Shown here in pieces: positions 19,850 through 28,222 of a stretch of DNA of 52,430 nt. Where the stretch lies: the NCBI GenBank assembly GCA_001800815.1, contig MGWC01000001.1, positions 1 to 52,430 on the forward strand, in the 5' to 3' direction. The stretch comes from Euryarchaeota archaeon RBG_19FT_COMBO_56_21 (lineage in GTDB: Archaea; Thermoplasmatota; Thermoplasmata; UBA10834). Both the position numbers and the translations under genes were made by a program. Under the pieces are notes generated by a model that saw nothing but the letters and a program-made list of their open reading frames with translations, was not told the origin of the DNA and searched no databases. How positions within the stretch are numbered: position 1 is the stretch's first letter; each line of letters opens with the position of its first letter.

Positions 19850-21507
19850 GAATCCTGGCAGCTTCCATAGGCAATTGCGTCCACACCGCTGGCATTCAGG
19901 CCTTCCTGGAAATAGCCCGTACTCTCGGACACGATACTGTATTCCTCGGTCCAGCGGTCTCCGTAAAGAGGCTCGCCGAAGCCATTGTCGAGCACAAGCC
20001 GGATGCTGTTGCCGTGAGTTACAGGTTGACCCCCGAAAGCGCAAAGGTGATTTTCGACGAGCTGCAATCTGAGATCACCAGGAGCCCAGACTTAAAGAAA
20101 AGCAGGAAGTTCTTCTTCGGTGGGACGCCTCCAGTAGCGGCCCTCGCCGTCAAGACAGGCATATTCGATACATGCTTCGACGGCAGCGAGCAGGAGAAAG
20201 CCGTTGTGGCACTTCTCCAAGGGACACCTCTGGTAAAGAGTGCATCCGAGTACGCCTCGGACCTTGTTACCAGGGTTCAGAGCTCTCAACCGCTGCCCCT
20301 TATTCGACATCATTTCGGGCTTCCATCGATGAAGGACACGATTGAAGGCGCCAGGAAGATCGCTGAGAGCGGCCTGTTGGATATCCTCTCGATAGCGCCG
20401 GATCAGAGCGCACAAGAATCCTTTTTCAGACCTCGGGAGATGGACTCGCGCCTCGATGGTGCCGGAGGCGTCCCTCTGAGAAGCCCCGCCGACCTCCAAG
20501 CACTATATGAGGCGACAAGAACAGGCAGCTTCCCCCTCCTCAGGTGCTATAGTGGCACAAGAGACCTCATCAGATGGGCCGAGATGATGAAGGACACCAT
20601 CAACACAGCATGGGGTGCGGTCCCTCTCACCTGGTACAGCGAGCTCGACGGCCGCTCCAAAAGAACTCTGAATGAAGCCATTGCAGAAAACCAGCAGGCC
20701 ATGAAATGGTATGCTGAGCACGGGATTCCCGTGGAGGTCAACGAATCCCATCAATGGGCTCTGAGGCGTTCAGGCGACGTCGTGGAACTCGCGACAGCAT
20801 ACCTCGCAGCGTACAACGCGAAAGCTCTCGGCGTGAGAGACTACGTTTGTCAGTTCATGTTCGACACTCCAAGAGGCATCTCGCCCGCAATGGACATCGC
20901 GAAGATGCTCGCCAAGCTCGAGCTCGTAGAGTCCATCAAGAACGGCGAGTTCAGGGTAATCAGGATGGTCAGATCTGGTCTGACCTCATTCTCCTCGTCG
21001 GCCAATGTCGCAAAGGGGCAGCTGGCTGCTTCCGTGTACGCCGCCATGACCCTGAAACCTCACATCGTCCACGTTGTGGGCTACAGTGAGGGGGATCATG
21101 TGTCCACGGCAGAAGAGGTGATCGAAAGCTGCGAGATCGCCCAGGGAGCAATCATGAAGGCTCTTCTCGGTGGGGTGAGACCGGAGACCGATCCAAAGGT
21201 CATGGTCAGAAAGGCAAACCTCATCGAGGAGACTCGGTACCTGCTTGATGCGATCAAACGCTTGAAGAGAGCCAACTCACATGATCCGCTCACATCCCCC
21301 GAGACGATAGCCGAGGCGATCAGGGAAGGATTGCTCGATGCATCGGATCTTCGCGGGAGCGGAGTGGCCCGGGGGAGAATAGTGACATCAATCGTCGATG
21401 GAGCCTATGTGGCGGTCGATTCCAACACTGGCAAGCCGATCACGGAGAAGGAGAGAATCCAGGAACTTGCAGTCTGCGAACACGACCTTGATCTCGCCGA
21501 GATTTGA
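19846..21507 (+). CDS. Cobalamin-binding protein: N-terminal B12 domain fused to a glutamate-mutase-E-like TIM barrel
   Basis: GNCVHTAG (DxHxxG variant), FLG, SY, GG B12-domain motifs; ~420-aa C-terminal alpha/beta domain; no CxxxCxxC; ATGA overlap with upstream gene. Confidence 0.75.
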   Translation: MRILAASIGNCVHTAGIQAFLEIARTLGHDTVFLGPAVSVKRLAEAIVEHKPDAVAVSYRLTPESAKVIFDELQSEITRSPDLKKSRKFFFGGTPPVAALAVKTGIFDTCFDGSEQEKAVVALLQGTPLVKSASEYASDLVTRVQSSQPLPLIRHHFGLPSMKDTIEGARKIAESGLLDILSIAPDQSAQESFFRPREMDSRLDGAGGVPLRSPADLQALYEATRTGSFPLLRCYSGTRDLIRWAEMMKDTINTAWGAVPLTWYSELDGRSKRTLNEAIAENQQAMKWYAEHGIPVEVNESHQWALRRSGDVVELATAYLAAYNAKALGVRDYVCQFMFDTPRGISPAMDIAKMLAKLELVESIKNGEFRVIRMVRSGLTSFSSSANVAKGQLAASVYAAMTLKPHIVHVVGYSEGDHVSTAEEVIESCEIAQGAIMKALLGGVRPETDPKVMVRKANLIEETRYLLDAIKRLKRANSHDPLTSPETIAEAIREGLLDASDLRGSGVARGRIVTSIVDGAYVAVDSNTGKPITEKERIQELAVCEHDLDLAEI

Positions 21508-21525
21508 TTCATTCGGTGAATGGAA

Positions 21526-22995
21526 ATGGAAGGGATCGCAGGCACATTCGGAATGAGAGACAAACACCTCGTGAGAATGATGCTGGAGAAGCTCGAACAC
21601 AGGGGACCCGACGCATCAGCAATCTATGCTGACGACGCTCTCGTTCTCGGGGCCAGGAGGTCGAGAAGAAGCCCCATCGAAAAGGCCACAGCGATTGCAC
21701 AGGAGGATGGGGTTGCTGTCGCATGCGATTCATACATCTTCAACAAAGAGCGGTTGCGAAAGACGATTGCCCCGAGCTGCGACGGGAGTGCCTCAGACGC
21801 GCAGCTCGTGCTCAAAATGTATAGGACCATAGGCGCTTCCGTCTTCCGCTACATCGATGGGGCATATGCCATAGTCATCGTTGACTGTGGCAAGACCCTT
21901 GTCGCAAGGGATACCTACGGTCTCAAACCGCTTTACTTCTCGGGGGACATGAGAAGGGGCATATACTCTTCCGAAATCAAGTCCCAGCAACTCGCAGAAG
22001 AGCGATTCATTCCCTTCCCGCCTGGCGAGATGCTTGTCTCCGGGGAGGGTTTCAGAAGAATCGTGAGGCAAGAAATCCCTTGGACCAAAGATCTCAATCC
22101 CAAGCGTCCCGCAGATAGAGTGCGTCAGCTCATAATGCAGAGTGTGTTGGGCTGTGTCGACAATTCGAGCGGATTCAACGTGTTACTCAGCGGAGGTGTC
22201 GACAGCAGCGTTATTGCTGCAGCTGCTGCTGAGACTGCATTGAGCACACAGAGTGTCTGCGTAGGGACGGAAGATAGCGAGGACCTCAAGATGGCTCGAT
22301 TGGTCGCAGATCACCTCGGGACCAGACACAAAGAGCGTGTCTATGATGTCGAAGACATGCTCAAAGTCCTCAGCGACGCAATATACTATGGGGAGACTTT
22401 CGACTACCCTCTCGTGAGAAGTTGCATCCCCAATTACATTGCTACGCATGTCTTCTCGGACAGGCACAGGATCACTCTCTGCGGCGAGGGAGGAGACGAG
22501 GTATTCGCAGGATACGACTTCCTATTTGGCGTCAAGAAGGACGAGGCGCTGAGATTGGAGAGGGTCGCCCTGCTCAGGGATGGTCACATGACCGGATTCC
22601 AGAGAGTCGATCGGATGACTGCGTCTGCCTCTCTGGATGGAAGAATGCCCATGATGAGCAATCAGGTTGTGGATTATGGTCTTCGGCTGGGTAGGAAGGC
22701 ATTGCTCGGATCCAAAGTCGAGAAGAGCAAACTTGTCCTTCGCAAAGCCTTCGCCGATCTCTTGCCGAAGCAGGTTACATGGAGAAAGAAGAGGAGGTTC
22801 AGCGATGGCGCTGGCTCCATCAGCTCTCTTGTCGGGTATTCAGAGAAGCTCATATCTGACAAGGAGTTCGAGAGAGAACGGGGACTACTGCCAAGAATCA
22901 GGACGAAGGAGGAGCTGTTGTACTACAGGGTCTTTCAGCGTCACTTCCCATCGGAGAGCGCACTAGCCTCAGTTGGATTCACGCCACGCCCATGA
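21526..22995 (+). CDS. Asparagine synthetase B-like ATP-dependent amide ligase lacking the N-terminal nucleophile Cys
   Basis: MEGIAG start, HRGPD, RD.YG.KPLY, SEIK, PP-loop LSGGVDSS, GEGGDEVFAGY, K.VLR, WRKK; GGTGA RBS at 21515 (alternative start 21520). Confidence 0.88.
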   Translation: MEGIAGTFGMRDKHLVRMMLEKLEHRGPDASAIYADDALVLGARRSRRSPIEKATAIAQEDGVAVACDSYIFNKERLRKTIAPSCDGSASDAQLVLKMYRTIGASVFRYIDGAYAIVIVDCGKTLVARDTYGLKPLYFSGDMRRGIYSSEIKSQQLAEERFIPFPPGEMLVSGEGFRRIVRQEIPWTKDLNPKRPADRVRQLIMQSVLGCVDNSSGFNVLLSGGVDSSVIAAAAAETALSTQSVCVGTEDSEDLKMARLVADHLGTRHKERVYDVEDMLKVLSDAIYYGETFDYPLVRSCIPNYIATHVFSDRHRITLCGEGGDEVFAGYDFLFGVKKDEALRLERVALLRDGHMTGFQRVDRMTASASLDGRMPMMSNQVVDYGLRLGRKALLGSKVEKSKLVLRKAFADLLPKQVTWRKKRRFSDGAGSISSLVGYSEKLISDKEFERERGLLPRIRTKEELLYYRVFQRHFPSESALASVGFTPRP

Positions 22996-23273
22996 CTACG
23001 CGAGGGAAGTCACGAATGAGAGACCTAACCCCATGTTTCCACCACGCAATCTCTCTCTGATAGTCTGAAACCATTTTCCTATGGGCAAATAGACTGTGTC
23101 CAAACCCGTTCATTTTGTACCCGTAAGTATAGCATCCAGCTTTAATCACCGGCAGATTCCGGGCCATAATCCGGGATTGAGAAAAAAGTTAAAGGGTTTT
23201 GAGAACTGGCCCTGCATTGTCTCACAGGAATTGAAATCCGAGATAGAATATCTGGCTCGCAACAGGTGCAGGC

Positions 23274-23289
23274 CCGGTTGGGCCCACTC
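23274..23289 (+). repeat. Right copy of tRNA-Val 3'-end repeat (att-like), with a degenerate T-arm upstream
   Basis: CCGGTTGGGCCCACTC identical to 14875-14890; upstream ACAGGTGCAGGC aligns with ACCGGTTCAAAT. Confidence 0.85.
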
Positions 23290-23319
23290 GATTTCTCCGC
23301 TCAAAACAATAATCAACAT

Positions 23320-24954
23320 TCATTTGTCGTAGAGTCGGCAGGCGACGAAATGACCGTTTCCAACATCGTCCATCTGCGGTTCCTCCACCGCTCCGAGCTT
23401 GACCGCCAATTCAAGCTTTGGTCCCTTTGTTCGTTTGATGGCGACCCGTCGCACTGCGAGCGCGATTGGGTTCTTCTGCTCCTTCATGAATTTGAGACGG
23501 GTCTCCAGCTCGGCGACCGCCTTATCGAGATTAGCCTCAGGCCCGAGCACTTTGAAAACGACGTGTCTCCCTCTGGGTTTGATCGACAGAATCATGTTGT
23601 GAACTCTGGAAGCAGGGTCCACGTCCAGCACTCTTTCCATCAACATCGCCGCTTCCTGAGCCACTTTCCTAGCTGATATCTTCCGTCGGGGCGGCTTCTT
23701 ACCTTTATCCGCGCTCCCCGCCGCCGTCCCAGGCAATGACAACTTGTCGCAGGACACGACGACCTCTCGATCTACTAAGAACATGTCAATTGCGACCACA
23801 GCGTCCAATAATGAAGACTCCTTCTTGCGTTCGGCGAAATAGGCCCCGAGCCATCTCTTCACCAAATCAACGTCTTCCCCGGACCGCAGGTCGACATAGG
23901 CTGCGAAGCCATCGGATCTGAGCCCCACGACGTGGTTCGACAGGATGTGCGTCGGGTTTGTGATCTTCGCGACTTCTAGCAGGTGGGCAACAAGGTCCCT
24001 CCCCTCCCAGCCGCACTTGTCAAAGGCTACGGAGCACCTCGGATGGAATCTGCACCCCTTCGGCGGGTCAATGGGGCTGGGGACTTCGCCTTCAATGCCC
24101 CTCCTGTCCTTCCTCTTGAGAGGGTCGGGGATGGGAATTGACGAAATGAGAGCCTTCGTGTAGGGGTGCAGAGGGTTGCCCATGAACTCGCGAGTTGGAG
24201 CCAGCTCGACTATCTTCCCCAGATACATGACTGCGATCCTATCGCTCATATGCTCTATGACGGACAGATCGTGAGAGATGAAAAGGAAGCTTAGTCCCAG
24301 TTTAGACTGGAGACGCTTGAGAAGGTTCAGAGCCTGAGCCTGAACCGACACGTCCAACGCCGAAGTAGGCTCGTCCAGAACTATGAAGTCAGGATCGAGC
24401 GCAAGTGCTCTCGCAAGCGCTATCCTTTGCTTCTGACCCCCGCTGAACTCGTGTGGCAGCCTGGAAAGATGGTCATGGGAGAGGCCCACTTGCTCGATGA
24501 GCTCGTGGATCTTCTCCCTCTTTATGAACTTCGAGTCACCGATGCCCTTGGGTGGCCCATGAATCGCAAATCCCTCTCCAATTATCCTCTCCACCGTCAT
24601 CCGCGGGTCGAGGCTGGAATATGGATCCTGGAAGACGATCTGCATCCTCTTCCTGAAGCCACGGACTGCGGACTGCGGGATCTCCGTGATATCCTTGCCC
24701 TGGAAGATGATCCTCCCACCTGTCGGCTCGGCGAGCCTCAGTATGGTGCGTCCGACCGTGGTTTTTCCGCATCCCGACTCACCGACTAGACCCAGGGTCT
24801 CACCCCTGAATACCGACAGATCTACGCCATCGACTGCGTGGACATGTCCGACCACAGTGCTGAAAACGCCCTTCTTCACCGGGAAGAGTTTCTCCAGACC
24901 AATGGTCTGGACGATTGGTTGGCTGCCGTTAGCCCGGTCTCCGCTAACGGACAT
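23320..24954 (-). CDS. Oligopeptide/dipeptide ABC transporter ATPase (OppF/DppF) with ~200-aa C-terminal insertion
   Basis: [37 protein letters not shown]...HFVAC. Confidence 0.92.
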   Translation of the reverse strand: MSVSGDRANGSQPIVQTIGLEKLFPVKKGVFSTVVGHVHAVDGVDLSVFRGETLGLVGESGCGKTTVGRTILRLAEPTGGRIIFQGKDITEIPQSAVRGFRKRMQIVFQDPYSSLDPRMTVERIIGEGFAIHGPPKGIGDSKFIKREKIHELIEQVGLSHDHLSRLPHEFSGGQKQRIALARALALDPDFIVLDEPTSALDVSVQAQALNLLKRLQSKLGLSFLFISHDLSVIEHMSDRIAVMYLGKIVELAPTREFMGNPLHPYTKALISSIPIPDPLKRKDRRGIEGEVPSPIDPPKGCRFHPRCSVAFDKCGWEGRDLVAHLLEVAKITNPTHILSNHVVGLRSDGFAAYVDLRSGEDVDLVKRWLGAYFAERKKESSLLDAVVAIDMFLVDREVVVSCDKLSLPGTAAGSADKGKKPPRRKISARKVAQEAAMLMERVLDVDPASRVHNMILSIKPRGRHVVFKVLGPEANLDKAVAELETRLKFMKEQKNPIALAVRRVAIKRTKGPKLELAVKLGAVEEPQMDDVGNGHFVACRLYDK

Positions 24955-26221
24955 TTGGGCCCTCCTTTCCAGTCCACAAATGGCATGAAACGAAGTGCCC
25001 TGGAGAGATCTCCACCCGCCGCGGCATATCCTCTCCGCAGACTTCCGTGGCCTTCTCGCATCTCTCTACGAACGCGCAGCCTTGGAACGGACGCATCAGG
25101 TTTGGCACCGTCCCTCTTATCACTGACAGCTCATCCTTTCTCTCGCCCAGTTTAGGGAATGCCGCGAGCAGTCCAGCCGTGTAAGGGTGTCTCGGGTTGG
25201 CGAATAGCTCGAAGGTCTCCGCCTCCTCCACGATCCGACCTGCGTACATCACGCATATCCGGTCGCACACCTCCGCCACGACTCCCAAGTTGTGCGTGAT
25301 CAACATCATCGAGCTGCCAGTCGTGCGCATGAGGTCTCTCAACAGGTTGAGTATCTGGGCCTGGATCGTGACATCGAGCGCGGTCGTCGGTTCGTCCGCG
25401 ATCAGAAGTGATGGGGAGCACGATAGCGCGAGCGCGATCATGACGCGTTGCTTCATGCCGCCGCTCAGCTCGTGGGGATACTGCTTCATGACATTGACCG
25501 GCGCGGCAATCCTCACCAGCTTCAGCACCTCCTCTATCTTCTTGTCGAGTACAGCTCGATCATAGATGCCCTGGTGCAAGGAGATGACCTCGCCGAGTTG
25601 ATAGGCGACCGTGAAGACTGGATCTAGGGCGGTGGCAGGGTCTTGGAATATCATGGATATGCTCTTGCCTCTGATGGATCTCATCTGGTCATCGGTTCTT
25701 GTGAGCAAATCGAACGAGAAAAGCGCAGCAGCTCTCCCGACTTTGTCGGACGCAGGCATCGTCTTGGCATTCTGTGCGAGATAGTACCTTGTGACTCCGG
25801 TCGGAACTCTGTCCGGCGGAACGATCTTATCGATCTGCGCTGGGGTCAACTTCTTGGCCTTCTTCTTGCGACCAGTGTCCCTGTAATCGTAGAGCGCGAC
25901 AAGCTTCTTCTTCTCCACCAGAGACGATCTCCTGTACCATTCCTGGGCCTCTATCTCCAGCTGCATCCTTCGCTGTCGGACATCCTGAGGCTCCATGAAG
26001 AAGATGTTGCCAGCTGTAATCTTTCCGGGGCCCGGAACGAGCCTCAATATGGAGAAGGCGGTCATGCTCTTCCCGCAGCCCGTTTCTCCAACAATCCCCA
26101 CGGATTCCTTTTCGTAGACTGTGAAATCAATGCCGTCGAGAGCAGTCACCACCCCCTCGTGCAGGAAGAATTGAGTCCGTAGCCCCACAATCTCGAGCAG
26201 GGGCTTCCTACCGGGCATCAT
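24944..26221 (-). CDS. Oligopeptide/dipeptide ABC transporter ATPase (OppD/DppD) with ~90-aa insertion
   Basis: [35 protein letters not shown]; start 26221 overlaps upstream stop. Confidence 0.92.
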   Translation of the reverse strand: MMPGRKPLLEIVGLRTQFFLHEGVVTALDGIDFTVYEKESVGIVGETGCGKSMTAFSILRLVPGPGKITAGNIFFMEPQDVRQRRMQLEIEAQEWYRRSSLVEKKKLVALYDYRDTGRKKKAKKLTPAQIDKIVPPDRVPTGVTRYYLAQNAKTMPASDKVGRAAALFSFDLLTRTDDQMRSIRGKSISMIFQDPATALDPVFTVAYQLGEVISLHQGIYDRAVLDKKIEEVLKLVRIAAPVNVMKQYPHELSGGMKQRVMIALALSCSPSLLIADEPTTALDVTIQAQILNLLRDLMRTTGSSMMLITHNLGVVAEVCDRICVMYAGRIVEEAETFELFANPRHPYTAGLLAAFPKLGERKDELSVIRGTVPNLMRPFQGCAFVERCEKATEVCGEDMPRRVEISPGHFVSCHLWTGKEGPNVR

Positions 26222-27168
26222 CTCCTCAGCCCCTTCATACGCGGGTCGAGCACGTCCCTCAGACCGTCCCCTAGCAGGTTGAACCCCAGAATGGTCAGCA
26301 GCAGCACGAGTCCAGTGAAGGTCGCCATCCATGGTGCCTCCTCCAGGTACGGGATGCCCCTGTACAGCATGTAGCCCCAGCTTGGCGTCGGAGGCTGCGT
26401 GCCCACTCCAAGGAAGCTGAGGCTGCTCTCAATTGTGATCGCATCCGCGACGCCGATGGACGCCCACACGATCAGAGGAGCCAGACAGTTCGGCAGGACG
26501 TGTGTGAACATGATCCTGATATTCTTCGCGCCCAGAGCCCTGCTAGCCTCGACGAACAGCCGCTCCCGAACCGCAAGCGCCTGACCGCGCATGAGCCTCG
26601 CGAACCCGGCCCAGTAGGATATGGATATCGCCAATATGACGTTGTTCAGGCTTGGTCCTAGCGCTGCGGCGAATGCAAGTGCCAGCAGGAACGCGGGGAA
26701 TGTCCAGAACAAGTCAATCGTGCTCGCGATGATGTAATCGACTTTGCCGCCGAAATAGCCCGCCGTAAGCCCCAGCAACACCCCGATCACCAGGGAGAAA
26801 AAAACTGCCAGCGTCGCCACCAACAACGAAACTCTCGCGCCCCAGATAACCCGACTGAATACATCTCGACCTAGCTCGTCAGTCCCAAAGATGTGTCCGT
26901 CTCCCTTGGATACGTTGTACCCGAAGAACCTGAACCAGTGCGGAGGCAAAGTCTGGTCCTCCGGATGGATCTCGCTCGGGGTCGGGTCGGCAATTGGCAG
27001 GACGGGGGCAAACACGGCGAGCGCGACCATCACGACAATGACAGACAAACCAATGACGACCATCTTGTTCCTGCTGCCCCGCTGGATCATATCGGCTATG
27101 GTCTCCCTCGCGCCGCCGGCCATCTTCCAGCCGAGAAGCCTGTCGTTCAGACCCTTCCTCAGCCTCAT
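26218..27168 (-). CDS. Oligopeptide ABC permease (OppC/DppC)
   Basis: FGTDELGRD, FVEASRALGA EAA loop, LSFLG.G..PPTPSWG. Confidence 0.95.
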   Translation of the reverse strand: MRLRKGLNDRLLGWKMAGGARETIADMIQRGSRNKMVVIGLSVIVVMVALAVFAPVLPIADPTPSEIHPEDQTLPPHWFRFFGYNVSKGDGHIFGTDELGRDVFSRVIWGARVSLLVATLAVFFSLVIGVLLGLTAGYFGGKVDYIIASTIDLFWTFPAFLLALAFAAALGPSLNNVILAISISYWAGFARLMRGQALAVRERLFVEASRALGAKNIRIMFTHVLPNCLAPLIVWASIGVADAITIESSLSFLGVGTQPPTPSWGYMLYRGIPYLEEAPWMATFTGLVLLLTILGFNLLGDGLRDVLDPRMKGLRR

Positions 27169-28106
27169 CCCAGCCTCACCCTTGGGTCCACGAACGCGTA
27201 GAGTATGTCAGCAACCAGGTTGCCGAGTACGACGAACATCGCCAGTACGAGTATGCACCCCTGAACAGTCGGATAGTCGTAGTTCGTGATGGAGTTGGTC
27301 ACGAGCAGACCAAGCCCAGGCCATGAGAAGACGGTCTCGACGACGACTGCGCCCGCGACGAACCAACCGATGTCGAGGCCAATGACCGTGATCACAGGGA
27401 GCATCGCGTTCTTGAGAGCATGCTTGAATATCACTTCGCTCTCCGGGAGTCCTCTAGACCTGAGCTGAGTGATGTAGTCCTGTCTCTGCACCTCAAGCAT
27501 GCTCGATCTCATCATGCGGGTCGTGAGCGCCGCATTGCCAAGACCTAAAGTCATCGCGGGCAGGATGATGCTCTTGAAACCCCCGACCGTTCCTTCGATT
27601 GGAAGCCATCCTAAGTACACCGCGAACAGCAGCATTAGCAGGATGCCGAGCCAAAACGAGGGCATGGCGTATGCAACGAGCGTGAAGACCATCACACTCC
27701 TGTCCTTCCAGGAGTTCTGCTTCAGCGCCGAGTATACCCCAAGAGGGATGCCCAGTGAATATGAAATAGTCAAGCCGATGGCCATGAGCTCGAGTGTCTT
27801 CGGAAGCCTCTGGATGATGAGGTCGCTTACGTCGAGATTGAGTGTCTGACGACTGACCGATTGGCCGAGATCGCCCTGCGCCAGGCGGTAGAGGAATTTG
27901 CCGTACTGGACGATGAACGGCTGGTCAAACCCATACTTCTCTCTGAGCTTCTGAATATCATCGGGGGACGCGTGCGGAGGCAGGATGTTGACGATGGGAT
28001 CTCCGGGGGTCAGGTACAGCATAAGAAAGACGATGAATGTCGCAAGCAGAATTACAGGAATGGCGAGAAGAATCTTCCTGATCACGTAAGAGATTAGATC
28101 CGCCAT
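27165..28106 (-). CDS. Oligopeptide ABC permease (OppB/DppB)
   Basis: PGDP, GDLG.S, P.FWLG, HALKNA, E.VF.WPGLG, DPRV; start MADL at 28106 inferred. Confidence 0.95.
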   Translation of the reverse strand: MADLISYVIRKILLAIPVILLATFIVFLMLYLTPGDPIVNILPPHASPDDIQKLREKYGFDQPFIVQYGKFLYRLAQGDLGQSVSRQTLNLDVSDLIIQRLPKTLELMAIGLTISYSLGIPLGVYSALKQNSWKDRSVMVFTLVAYAMPSFWLGILLMLLFAVYLGWLPIEGTVGGFKSIILPAMTLGLGNAALTTRMMRSSMLEVQRQDYITQLRSRGLPESEVIFKHALKNAMLPVITVIGLDIGWFVAGAVVVETVFSWPGLGLLVTNSITNYDYPTVQGCILVLAMFVVLGNLVADILYAFVDPRVRLG

Positions 28107-28222
28107 GGATTTCTTCCCCTTACAGCCCCCATCCGCCGCCGTCCATAGATGCTTCTGCTCCGCGTGTTTTGGTCGGGTTCCGCATATGAAATGAAATGGT
28201 AAAGGGTTTTCTAGTTTTTCCA

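Larger units (their letters stand above)
14875..23289. mobile_element. Putative tRNA-Val-anchored genomic island (~8.4 kb, no integrase seen)
   Basis: Bounded by a duplicated tRNA 3' end; accessory-type cargo; longer AT-rich intergenic gaps than the flanks. Confidence 0.65.

Noticed and set aside
19846-21507. B12-dependent radical SAM enzyme or methionine synthase
   Set aside because: No CxxxCxxC motif; no recognisable homocysteine-, pterin-binding or cap domains
23387-24015. Intein in OppF (insert follows a Cys)
   Set aside because: No C-terminal His-Asn followed by Cys/Ser/Thr, and no recognisable splicing blocks or LAGLIDADG motifs
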